DNA from: a virus
DNA: 64,000 bases
Reading direction: 5' to 3' (one strand)
Virus record (IMG/VR): IMGVR_UViG_3300044724_004793
Span: 46,871 to 110,870 of that record
Shown: positions 1-8,699 of the stretch, piece after piece
Layout of the letters: the number at the start of each line of letters is the position of its first letter
How positions within the stretch are numbered: position 1 is the stretch's first letter
Made by a program: the position numbers and the translations under genes
The notes under the pieces: generated by a model
Database searches by the model: none
Told to the model about the DNA's origin: nothing
What the model saw: the letters and a program-made list of their open reading frames with translations, nothing else

Positions 1-1
1 T

Positions 2-760
2 TATGATCAAAGTAGACCAGAAGACTTTAAGATTACCAAGATGGAATTGCCCAAAAGTATGGAAAAAGAGAGTGTTGAAGAAGTGCATGAAGATGTAGAA
101 GAAGACACCAGCTTGGATGATATGCTTAAACTTGCAGGTCGCAGCGGTGTAATGGGACTTAGCCAGAACAACATCATTGCTGAAAGCCTAGAGCTTGACG
201 AAGAAGATGAAGTAGAAGTTCGTGAAGACACTCAGGAAAATGAGGTCAAGCGTGTTATTGCTAAGATACTTGGCAGATATCGTCCTCTAACTTATGATGA
301 TTTTGATAACGAAGATCTAAACTCTGCTTTATATGATTTCTTTAGTAACAGTGGCGAAATACCATATGATGTTGTAACAAGTGGTGATCCTAATGAATGG
401 ATTTTTGATAAACTAAACAGTCTAGGTATGACAGAAGATTTACAAGAAGAAGCAGTGGAGGAAACTGTAGCAGTTCCTGTACAAGCACTTGAAGAACTAA
501 TGCGTCTAGCAGGTTATGAGAACTACGAAGCAAAGATCAACGAGTATGAAAACGATCCTGAAGTAGAGTATATGGACGTTGAGGATCAAATGATTGGTCT
601 CAGTGGTGGACTTAATGGTCCTAAGAAAGCATATGCAGCCGCGGCAGGTGGTGACAATGCTATGGCACAGGAACCAACAGAAGTTGATGAGAGTTTAGAA
701 GAATCATTTTACTCAGAGTATAGTAAGATGGTAGAAGATCTTAGATCAGAAGATGATTAA
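2..760 (+). CDS. Acidic virion/prohead-core-like protein, 5'-truncated at the window edge
   Basis: Frame is open from position 2 to the ATG at 41; very Glu/Asp-rich with repeated (L/V/I)xE motifs and LKLAG/MRLAG repeats. Confidence 0.55.
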   Translation, partial: YDQSRPEDFKITKMELPKSMEKESVEEVHEDVEEDTSLDDMLKLAGRSGVMGLSQNNIIAESLELDEEDEVEVREDTQENEVKRVIAKILGRYRPLTYDDFDNEDLNSALYDFFSNSGEIPYDVVTSGDPNEWIFDKLNSLGMTEDLQEEAVEETVAVPVQALEELMRLAGYENYEAKINEYENDPEVEYMDVEDQMIGLSGGLNGPKKAYAAAAGGDNAMAQEPTEVDESLEESFYSEYSKMVEDLRSEDD

Positions 761-1169
761 ATCTTACAAAGATTATTTAACAGAAGCAGAGCAGGCTATG
801 GTCCCACAGCCTGGAGACTGTCTGCATTTTATTACTGAAGATGGCGTTGAGCATATCCAGTTAGAAAGGGATTCCGCCGTCGACAAACTGGCAGACGCCG
901 CTGGCATAAAAAAATATGGCAAAAAGGCCTGGGGTTGGATAAAAAAAACACTTGGTATTGGTGGTGGTGTTGGCGCCGGAGCAGGTGCAGGACTTTTAGG
1001 AGGCGCTCTATTAGGTGGAGGTGGTGGTGGTAGTGGTGCTTTTAAAGCAGGATATGATTTAGCCAGTAACCAATTTGTAGGTGATAATCCCCTTATAGAG
1101 ACACTTAACAAACAAGTCCACACTGAATACCCACAAAATATCTCCCATTTTATAATAGATCTACGATAA
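753..1169 (+). CDS. Hypothetical virion protein with T4-like capsid-targeting N-terminus, cationic amphipathic segment and glycine zipper
   Basis: N-terminus MIKSYKDYLTE resembles the T4 internal-protein leader; KKYGKKAWGWIKK followed by a Gly-rich stretch. Confidence 0.5.
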   Translation: MIKSYKDYLTEAEQAMVPQPGDCLHFITEDGVEHIQLERDSAVDKLADAAGIKKYGKKAWGWIKKTLGIGGGVGAGAGAGLLGGALLGGGGGGSGAFKAGYDLASNQFVGDNPLIETLNKQVHTEYPQNISHFIIDLR

Positions 1170-1188
1170 TCCCTTAGAGTAAAACTAT

Positions 1189-1794
1189 ATGGCAAGTCTT
1201 GACAATATGGTTCACGAAATACCAGAGCTATCTTTAGATTTGGATACGTGCTACAATGTAATACAACACGCAGAGGATACAAACTCTACGGATAGTAGCT
1301 TTCAGGTTCCTGATCTATACTTTAAATATCTCACTAATAAAATCTATGCTAAGATTGACAATGCAATTATAATGAAGTTTTGGCCTGATAGCTGGTTAAA
1401 TTGGCATAAAGACGTAATAAGAACAGCCGCTATAAACGTATTACTAACTGATAACCATAGTAGCTACGAAAGTCTAATGATAAACCCCGCTACACATGAA
1501 GTACATAATATAAATTATACAACTGGCGTTCCTTTACTGTATAATACAAGAAATATACACATGGTGCGTAATAATCATTTAACTTGTCCAAGATATATTT
1601 TAAGTATCTCCTTTAACGATAACATGCATAGCGGCAGTAATTTTACGTTCCAAGAACTAGTCGAATTATATAATAGGAGGTTATTGATTAATAACACTCA
1701 GCAAGTACAGAAATCTCCTAAACTATACTGGTCTAAAGACAAAATTACTGCTGATATAGATAACCAAGTTTTAGATAAATACACTGCTAACTAA
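1189..1794 (+). CDS. Putative 2OG-Fe(II) oxygenase/cupin-like protein
   Basis: WHKD...HMVRN...RYILSISF matches the HxD...H...R pattern. Confidence 0.45.
   Translation: MASLDNMVHEIPELSLDLDTCYNVIQHAEDTNSTDSSFQVPDLYFKYLTNKIYAKIDNAIIMKFWPDSWLNWHKDVIRTAAINVLLTDNHSSYESLMINPATHEVHNINYTTGVPLLYNTRNIHMVRNNHLTCPRYILSISFNDNMHSGSNFTFQELVELYNRRLLINNTQQVQKSPKLYWSKDKITADIDNQVLDKYTAN
1776..1781 (+). promoter_or_regulatory. T4-like late promoter core (TAAATA)
   Basis: GATAAATAC upstream of a structured leader and the 1858 gene. Confidence 0.5.
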
Positions 1795-1857
1795 AATGTT
1801 AGTTTATGCAGGATACCACCTGCGTAGCCCTAGAACGGCCCAACAAGGAGAAACAAA

Positions 1858-2295
1858 ATGGGTAGACCAATGAAACTTGCCGAAACAGTAGACGGCAATT
1901 TAAAAGTAGCAGCAGCAAATACCAGTGGTACAATTGGTGATACAGCCCTTAGCGGTAGTACACAGATCCAATTCACAGGATTTGTTGAAGGCGGTAGCGC
2001 AAACACAGGTTATGCTAGTGCTCAAAAGGGTTCAACAACATTTAAGATTACTACTTCAGACGGCACAGGAGATCTTATCCTAAACGCTGTTGCAAGTGGT
2101 TCACTTAGTGCAGGCGAATGCCAACTTACAGCAACTGACAGTGATGCAAATACTTACTATGTAAGTAAGATTACTTCACGTTATGTAACACTAGTACCAA
2201 ACGATGGTGTACAGTTCACAAGTGGACAACGTGCACTATGGGTTGCTAGCGGTAGCGAAGTAAGCGGCTCAGCAGTCAGCATTCCGCTAGCATAA
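1858..2295 (+). CDS. Hypothetical structural protein (Ser/Thr/Gly-rich, beta-rich)
   Basis: Strong AAGGAG RBS, upstream late promoter, composition typical of virion proteins. Confidence 0.5.
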   Translation: MGRPMKLAETVDGNLKVAAANTSGTIGDTALSGSTQIQFTGFVEGGSANTGYASAQKGSTTFKITTSDGTGDLILNAVASGSLSAGECQLTATDSDANTYYVSKITSRYVTLVPNDGVQFTSGQRALWVASGSEVSGSAVSIPLA

Positions 2296-2307
2296 TAAGG
2301 TTTTACT

Positions 2308-2883
2308 TTGGATATTAGCCAAATAAAACAACGCTTATCAAGCATTCAAAACAGTTGCCCTAGAACTAGGGCAACTGAATGCTTTTGCGAAAGCGTTAAC
2401 AAGATACAAGAAGCAGAGCAAGATATAATTGCAGTCTGCAATCTTGAACACTCAGACACAGTGACGGGCACCATTCTGTTTATACAGCGCGGTGACAGTC
2501 CTACCTTAATAAAGGGAACAATCACTGGATTACAACCTGGTAAGCATGGGTTTCACATACATGAGTATGGAGACTTGAGCAAGGGTTGTGAATCTGCTGG
2601 TGCTCACTACAATCCTGACGGTGTAGATCATGGAGATCTGGAGCAGGGCCATGTGGGGGACTTAGGCAATATTGAAGCAAACGATCAAGGAATCGCAAAC
2701 TTTAGTATTGTTTCAAAACGTGTTGATCTAACAGGTGATCGTAGCATCGTGGGCAGAGCCGCAGTGGTTCATGCTGATGAAGACGATCTAGGTCAAGGCG
2801 GAGATGAAGAAAGCCTCAAAACCGGTAATGCTGGGGATCGATTGGCATGCGGCGTAATAGTCCTTGCCAAAACAGATACCTAA
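2308..2883 (+). CDS. sodC: Cu/Zn superoxide dismutase
   Basis: GFHIHEYGD, GCESAGAHYNP, HVGDLGNI, GRAAVVHADEDDLG, GNAGDRLACGVI; metal ligands, disulfide Cys and active-site Arg are present. Confidence 0.95.
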   Translation: MDISQIKQRLSSIQNSCPRTRATECFCESVNKIQEAEQDIIAVCNLEHSDTVTGTILFIQRGDSPTLIKGTITGLQPGKHGFHIHEYGDLSKGCESAGAHYNPDGVDHGDLEQGHVGDLGNIEANDQGIANFSIVSKRVDLTGDRSIVGRAAVVHADEDDLGQGGDEESLKTGNAGDRLACGVIVLAKTDT

Positions 2884-2895
2884 GGAGATAAAAAT

Positions 2896-3063
2896 ATGAA
2901 AATTGTAAATTGGGTAAAAGACCGTATCGCTGAACGTACCTCATGGGACGGCGGCGTAGTAATTGCAGTTAGTGTTCTTGCACTAATTGCTAGTCCTATT
3001 ATTAAATGGGTAGCATGGGCAGGGCTTGCCTATGGTATTTGGACAATTATTAAGAAAGACTGA
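2896..3063 (+). CDS. Small two-helix membrane protein (55 aa), not in the ORF track
   Basis: AAGGAG RBS; MKIVNWVKDRIAERTSWDGGVVIAVSVLALIASPIIKWVAWAGLAYGIWTIIKKD; followed by a terminator. Confidence 0.75.
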   Translation: MKIVNWVKDRIAERTSWDGGVVIAVSVLALIASPIIKWVAWAGLAYGIWTIIKKD

Positions 3064-3086
3064 CAAATAACATTACGTTAAAGATT

Positions 3087-3120
3087 AAGGATCAGTGAGT
3101 AATATCACTGGTCCTTTTTT
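3087..3120 (+). terminator. Rho-independent terminator
   Basis: AAGGATCAGTGA-gtaata-TCACTGGTCCTT stem-loop plus T tract. Confidence 0.8.
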
Positions 3121-3152
3121 GTTAATAAGTATATTATGTAGGAGTTAACCAT

Positions 3153-3587
3153 ATGCGTGATGAATATTTTTTACCATTTAATGACATGATTGTCAGCACA
3201 CGCGAAGAAACAGGACATGCACTACCAGAAAATGTAGAAGTCTATGTTAGTGCACTATTAGCAAGTTTTATCAATAAACCAGATTTTTTACCAGAAAAAT
3301 CCTTTGCAGAGGCGTATGCTATTTTAACTAACAAAGATTACACTAGTGCTAAACATCTGGGAGACACTTGTTTATTTTTAAGCGGAGTCTTTCCTAAGTA
3401 CGGGGTCCGATATGGGTTAAATAAGACATACTATAGACGTATTGGGAGCAGTAGTTACGGCATAGCCAGTGAACGACTACAACAAGACGTTTTTCAATTG
3501 TTGTCAAGACATTTTAATTTTGTAGCAGAATACATTCAAGTATCAATCAACCCAAGAGTAACTTTAAGGATTTTTGATGAGTCGTAG
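3153..3587 (+). CDS. Hypothetical protein
   Basis: AGGAG RBS, 144-aa ORF overlapping the terminase start. Confidence 0.6.
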   Translation: MRDEYFLPFNDMIVSTREETGHALPENVEVYVSALLASFINKPDFLPEKSFAEAYAILTNKDYTSAKHLGDTCLFLSGVFPKYGVRYGLNKTYYRRIGSSSYGIASERLQQDVFQLLSRHFNFVAEYIQVSINPRVTLRIFDES

Positions 3588-5142
3588 TTTAGAGGGTGTT
3601 TTAATAAAAAAAGCACACCAAAGCCAGAAGTTTACACCTGCCCAAGTACAAGAGTTTGCTAAATGTGCAAATCCTGTAACAGGTCCATATTACTTTATGA
3701 AAAACTTTTTTACCATACAACATCCTACAAAAGGACAGTTACTATATAAAGCATATGATTATCAAGAAAAACTGTTAGAAACATATCATACCCATCGATT
3801 TAACGTTAACATGTTGCCCAGACAAACTGGTAAGACAACCACAGCCGCTGGTTACTTGTTATGGAGAGCGATGTTTGTGCCAGATAGCATTGTCCTTATC
3901 GCTGCGCACAAGTATAGTGGCGCTCAAGAGATTATGAGCCGTATACGTTATGCTTATGAGCTATGCCCTGATTATATACGTGCTGGCGTTACTAGTTATA
4001 ATAAAGGCAGTATAGAGTTTGAAAACGGATCACGACTCATAAGCCAAGCAACAACAGAAAACACAGGACGTGGGTTAAGTCTTAGTTTGCTATATTGTGA
4101 CGAGTTTGCATTTGTGCGTCCTACTATTGCTAGAGAGTTTTGGACCAGTATTAGTCCTACACTGGCAACTGGTGGTGCAGCTATTATTACTAGTACACCT
4201 AACAGTGATGAAGACCAGTTTGCTGAGATATGGAGACTTGCTAACAAGTGTTTTGATGTAAATGGCAATGAAACGGATGTAGGTATTAATGGATTTAAAG
4301 CATATCGTAGTTACTGGCAAGATCATCCTGACAGAGATGAACAGTGGAAAAAAGAAGAACTAGGACGTATTGGTGAGGAGCGTTTTAGACGTGAACATGA
4401 ATGTGAATTCATTATTAACGATGAAACACTTATCAATAGTTTAGTATTAGCCAGTATGCGAGGCGAAGATCCTATGTTTAACCAAGGCACAGTTCGCTGG
4501 TACAGAAAGCCTATGAGAGATAGACTATATATTGTAGCACTTGATCCTAGTTTGGGCACAGGCGGAGACCCTGCCGCAATACAGGTGTTTGAAGCACCTA
4601 GTATGACTCAAGTAGCTGAATGGTGTCATAATAAAACGCCTATACCACAACAAATAAAAATACTTGTAGAAATGTGCAAGTACATACAAAGTGAAACACA
4701 GAGCGAGAATAGTGTGTATTACAGTGTAGAGAATAACACACTGGGAGAAGCAGCTCTTATTAGCATTGCTGATATAGGTGAAGAAAACATATCTGGTATC
4801 TTTCTTAGCGAAACCAAGTCACACGGCAATGCTAGGCGTTTCCGTAAGGGATTTAACACCACACAGCGGTCTAAACTTAGTAGTTGTGCAAAGCTAAAAA
4901 CACTAATAGAAACAGAAAGAATGACCGTTAACAGCAAGATGTTAGTAAGTGAACTTAAAAATTTTATTGCTAATGGTACTAGTTATGCTGCAAAAATAGG
5001 TGAAACAGACGATCTAGTAATGAGTACAATACTTGCTCTGCGTATGGCCACACAGTTAAAGAACTACATACCAGAGCTAGAAAACCAAATAAGGGATAGT
5101 AATGACTTTACAAGAGACCCTATGCCTTTTGTTTTAATTTAA
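3577..5142 (+). CDS. terL: Terminase large subunit (T4 gp17-like)
   Basis: Walker A PRQTGKTT, Walker B LLYCDEFAF, ITSTPN coupling motif, nuclease motifs ALDPS and TDDLVM. Confidence 0.95.
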   Translation: MSRSLEGVLIKKAHQSQKFTPAQVQEFAKCANPVTGPYYFMKNFFTIQHPTKGQLLYKAYDYQEKLLETYHTHRFNVNMLPRQTGKTTTAAGYLLWRAMFVPDSIVLIAAHKYSGAQEIMSRIRYAYELCPDYIRAGVTSYNKGSIEFENGSRLISQATTENTGRGLSLSLLYCDEFAFVRPTIAREFWTSISPTLATGGAAIITSTPNSDEDQFAEIWRLANKCFDVNGNETDVGINGFKAYRSYWQDHPDRDEQWKKEELGRIGEERFRREHECEFIINDETLINSLVLASMRGEDPMFNQGTVRWYRKPMRDRLYIVALDPSLGTGGDPAAIQVFEAPSMTQVAEWCHNKTPIPQQIKILVEMCKYIQSETQSENSVYYSVENNTLGEAALISIADIGEENISGIFLSETKSHGNARRFRKGFNTTQRSKLSSCAKLKTLIETERMTVNSKMLVSELKNFIANGTSYAAKIGETDDLVMSTILALRMATQLKNYIPELENQIRDSNDFTRDPMPFVLI

Positions 5143-5148
5143 TAAATA
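5143..5148 (+). promoter_or_regulatory. Late promoter core TAAATA, 4 nt before ATG (leaderless-type)
   Basis: AATAAATAcaatATG, no SD. Confidence 0.55.
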
Positions 5149-5152
5149 CAAT

Positions 5153-7429
5153 ATGAGTGCATTATCCAAAGATCTACACGAAAGACTACGTGGAAAATTT
5201 AATAGTCTAACAATGGGCAGAGATGACGGTGCTAAGACACTAGTGCCAGATGAATCAGTATTCTTTGAGTTCCAATTTACAGAAGGTGCAAATAACTACG
5301 GTAGTGTAGTTGTAAGTATCTTAGATGAAGGATCACTTAAAGTATATTTCAAAAGCGATATTATAGAGGAAGCAGACGCCAAAGGCAAAAGCAAATGGTA
5401 TGATTTCCTAAAAGATCTTAGATTTTTTAGCTCACAAAATATGTTAAACTACGAAGCAAAAAATATTACAAAGTCGCGATTGGACAAAGCAGACTTTGAT
5501 TTCTTAGTAGGACAAAGTAAAAGCAAGGATGACATAGCCATGGAAAGCAAATTATACGGTAGCAGACAAAAGAGTTATCAGGACCTTAACGGTGCAAAAC
5601 TTATTGTTCAGCACACTAAAACTGTAGACGAAGATAAAATGGGAAGTCGCAGCAGAAACATTAGCGCAATTTATATTGAAAACGCGATAGGCGAAAGATT
5701 GCGGTTTGAGAACAACTATCTACCAGGGGCTAGAGCAATGGCTCGCCACGTAAGTAACGGTGGATATCAAAACGATGAATACGGAGAGCACATTTCAGAG
5801 ATCATGGCAGAAATGAGCGAACTAAAATCCTTTGTTCGAGGTGTCAAACGTAGTGACTACGTTACTGAAGATAGCCAAGAGATCATTGACCTTGCGACTG
5901 ATCGTTACTATGGCTTAAAAAGTACACTAGAAGCAGTTAGTAAGCAAAAAGGATATGTAAATTATTTTGAGAACTACGAGCCAAGCGATATTGAAGTTGA
6001 TGAGAACGATATTAGTGATTTAAAAACAAAACTTACACGTGAAGTATTTGATGATAGATTAGAGAGTAGCCTAGGCGCAGTTAGCCGCGCAATCAAGATT
6101 AGAGAAAAAGAAGGTGATGTAGACTTTAACACATTTAATAAGTGGAAAAAAGAAGCACTGCGTAGAGGTTTCACAGTAGACGGTGATAACCTAGGCGCAC
6201 AAGCAGTGGACCAATCAGGTGAACAGCAGGGCGGATGGGAAAAAGATCCACAATTTAGCGGTACTAGTTCAGAATGGGCTGGTTGGTTAGAAATTGAAGA
6301 TGACGATACAATTGGTATTGGTGATTATCAGTTACCAGAAAAAGTTGATTTAATACCTGGCGGAAAATGGACATATCAGTCAATGGATATGCAGGACATG
6401 GGTAAGTCCGAACAAATAAATGCTATGCTTAGATTGACCCTAAGCGATATTGCAGACAGAGCAGTGGACAATGAAACACAAAACTTTGCTGCTAAGATGA
6501 GTGATTTAGTAGGATCAGAAGGTACACCATTTGGTCTTAAAACAATTGATCCAGAAGAATATAAACGAGAAAAGGCCAAAGCAGTTAAACTTGTAAAAAT
6601 GGCTATCACACAGCCTAAAGCAATTGAAGGTCCTAAAGAAGACGTAGAGTCTGCAACATATGATCCCATGCAAGAGTATGAGGATACACTGGAAGATATT
6701 GTTTTAGCAAAAGAAGCAAAGCCAGACTACTTAGATTTTGACGGCGATGGCGACAAAGACGAGCCAATGAAAAAAGCACTCAAAGATAAAGAAAAGAAAG
6801 ACGAGTCCATTGAAGTAGACCTTGACGAAGGGAAGATGAACAATGCGACGATGCAAGCAAACAGTCCAAGGATTGAAAAAGCAAAAAAACTTATGGGTCC
6901 ATCTACAAATAGAAAAGAAGGCATACAGATGGTTGCAAAAGGTATGCCCACTTCAGAAAAAGAGGCTACTAAACTGGTTGATACAGTTATAAAGATGACG
7001 ATGCAGAAGAATGACTATGTCCCAGAAAAAGTTGACCTTGATGAAGAGCCTAACGAAGGCAATAAGTTTTCAGGAGAGCTAGATAAAGCTAAAAAAGATG
7101 GAAAAGATGAGTTTGAAGTAGACGGTAAAAAATATAAAGTCGAAGGTCGTATATCAGACGTACATCTAGAGATTACACAGATGATCGACGATGGCGAAAG
7201 CGACGAAGAGATCAGTAAAGTAACTGGATTTAGTGTAAGAGACGTAAAGGCAGTAAGAAAGCAGGTAAGCGATGAGCCCGCTGAATATGATGAAAGCATT
7301 GAATGGCTTAAAAAGGCAGCAGGCGTAGGGTCAACAGCAAATAGTAACTTTGGCATTAGAGAAGGCGAGCAAGGGTACCAGAAAAAACTCAGAGACGAAA
7401 TAGGCAAATATCTAGAAAGTCTAAACTAA
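5153..7429 (+). CDS. Large virion/prohead-associated protein with modular acidic C-terminus
   Basis: 758 aa; C-terminal half is short modules (DFDGDGDKDEPMKKA; EGNKFSGEL...FEVDGKKYKV) separated by xxE sites. Confidence 0.55.
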   Translation: MSALSKDLHERLRGKFNSLTMGRDDGAKTLVPDESVFFEFQFTEGANNYGSVVVSILDEGSLKVYFKSDIIEEADAKGKSKWYDFLKDLRFFSSQNMLNYEAKNITKSRLDKADFDFLVGQSKSKDDIAMESKLYGSRQKSYQDLNGAKLIVQHTKTVDEDKMGSRSRNISAIYIENAIGERLRFENNYLPGARAMARHVSNGGYQNDEYGEHISEIMAEMSELKSFVRGVKRSDYVTEDSQEIIDLATDRYYGLKSTLEAVSKQKGYVNYFENYEPSDIEVDENDISDLKTKLTREVFDDRLESSLGAVSRAIKIREKEGDVDFNTFNKWKKEALRRGFTVDGDNLGAQAVDQSGEQQGGWEKDPQFSGTSSEWAGWLEIEDDDTIGIGDYQLPEKVDLIPGGKWTYQSMDMQDMGKSEQINAMLRLTLSDIADRAVDNETQNFAAKMSDLVGSEGTPFGLKTIDPEEYKREKAKAVKLVKMAITQPKAIEGPKEDVESATYDPMQEYEDTLEDIVLAKEAKPDYLDFDGDGDKDEPMKKALKDKEKKDESIEVDLDEGKMNNATMQANSPRIEKAKKLMGPSTNRKEGIQMVAKGMPTSEKEATKLVDTVIKMTMQKNDYVPEKVDLDEEPNEGNKFSGELDKAKKDGKDEFEVDGKKYKVEGRISDVHLEITQMIDDGESDEEISKVTGFSVRDVKAVRKQVSDEPAEYDESIEWLKKAAGVGSTANSNFGIREGEQGYQKKLRDEIGKYLESLN

Positions 7430-7467
7430 TCAAGCCCCCTAGGGAGGGAACACCCCCCGCCCTAATA

Positions 7468-7507
7468 AAGAGGTCAGCATCGCCCCCGGCGCTGGCCCCT
7501 TTTTTTT
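7468..7507 (+). terminator. Rho-independent terminator
   Basis: AAGAGGTCAGC...GCTGGCCCCTT imperfect stem followed by T8. Confidence 0.75.
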
Positions 7508-7530
7508 ATCAGAAAAATGCAATTTAATAC

Positions 7531-7560
7531 TTGACTGTATAAATACATACGTTATATACT
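7531..7560 (+). promoter_or_regulatory. Overlapping sigma70-like promoter (TTGACT-18-TATACT) and T4 late promoter (TATAAATA, 7538-7545) for the ssb gene
   Basis: Motifs read directly upstream of the gp32-like gene. Confidence 0.65.
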
Positions 7561-7649
7561 ATATGAATGTTAACAAGGTTGTTAATGATTATGGTATGTA
7601 TCTTAGGCATACAACAGGCTAAACATAGGCAAAAAGGAGAACAGGCATT

Positions 7650-8642
7650 ATGGCATCTTTAGCAGAAATCCGTGCAAAACTAAAAGCACAAGAAACCCGT
7701 TCAGAGCGAACAGGTGGCGGCGGCGACAACGCAATCTTCCCACATTGGAATATCCCAGAAGGTTCAACATCAGTATTACGTTTCCTTCCAGATCAAGACG
7801 AATCAAACACTTTCTTTTGGAAAGAACGTCTAATGATTCGTTTGCCCTTTGCAGGCGTAAAGGGCGACCACTCCAATCAAGTAACAGTTCAGGTCCCATG
7901 CGTAGAAATGTGGGACGATACTTGCCCAGTACTGTCAGAAGTACGTGGCTGGTTTAAAGACCCAAGTCTTGAAGATATGGGTCGTAAGTATTGGAAGAAA
8001 CGTTCATACATTTTCCAAGGCTTCGTAGTAGAAAATTCTCTAGTAGATGACAATCAGCCAGATAATCCAATCCGTAGGTTTGTTATTAGTCCCAGCATCT
8101 TTAACCTTATCAAGGATGCACTTATGGATCCTGATATTCAGGAACTTCCCACAGACTATGATGCAGGACTTGATTTCCGTGTTACAAAAACAACCAAGGG
8201 GCAGTACGCTGATTATTCTACTAGCAAGTGGGCTCGCAAGGAAACCGCACTAACAGAAGAACAACGTGCAGCAGTTGATAGTTTTGGATTACATAACTTG
8301 ACCGACTTCCTGCCCAAGCGACCAAATGCTGCAGAGCTTGGTGCTATTAAGGAAATGTTTGAGGCGTCTGTAGATGGCCAACCATATGATGTTGAACGTT
8401 TTGGACAGTATTACCGTCCATATGGAGTTGATGCTCCTGCAGGTTCCTCTACGTCTGACACACCTGCACCAGTGGCAACACCAGCGCCAACACCAGAAGT
8501 TGCTGATACACCAGCCAAATCTGCTCCAGTAGCAGAAGTGGCTCCAGAACCTGCTCCAGTAGCAGAAGCGCCAGCAGGCGATACTGGTGGCAAGAGTGCA
8601 GAAGACATTCTTGCAATGATCCGAAGCCGTCAAAAGGCCTAG
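7650..8642 (+). CDS. Single-stranded DNA-binding protein (T4 gp32-like)
   Basis: LRFLP, CPV, KYWKKRSY, GxDF...YADYSTSKW core and low-complexity acidic tail; AAGGAG RBS; followed by uvsX. Confidence 0.9.
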   Translation: MASLAEIRAKLKAQETRSERTGGGGDNAIFPHWNIPEGSTSVLRFLPDQDESNTFFWKERLMIRLPFAGVKGDHSNQVTVQVPCVEMWDDTCPVLSEVRGWFKDPSLEDMGRKYWKKRSYIFQGFVVENSLVDDNQPDNPIRRFVISPSIFNLIKDALMDPDIQELPTDYDAGLDFRVTKTTKGQYADYSTSKWARKETALTEEQRAAVDSFGLHNLTDFLPKRPNAAELGAIKEMFEASVDGQPYDVERFGQYYRPYGVDAPAGSSTSDTPAPVATPAPTPEVADTPAKSAPVAEVAPEPAPVAEAPAGDTGGKSAEDILAMIRSRQKA

Positions 8643-8649
8643 GTATAAT

Positions 8650-8679
8650 GGGGAGGGTATTTGCCCTCCCCACATTTCT
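8650..8679 (+). terminator. GC-rich hairpin between ssb and uvsX (terminator or processing/stability hairpin)
   Basis: GGGGAGGGTA-tt-TGCCCTCCCC followed by ACATTTCTT. Confidence 0.55.
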
Positions 8680-8699
8680 TAAAAAACTGGAGATATAAT

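Noticed and set aside
8440-8600. Repeated CCAGTAGCAGAA/GCTCCAG units in the ssb gene
   Set aside because: They encode the Pro/Ala/Glu linker of the gp32-like tail, not a separate element.
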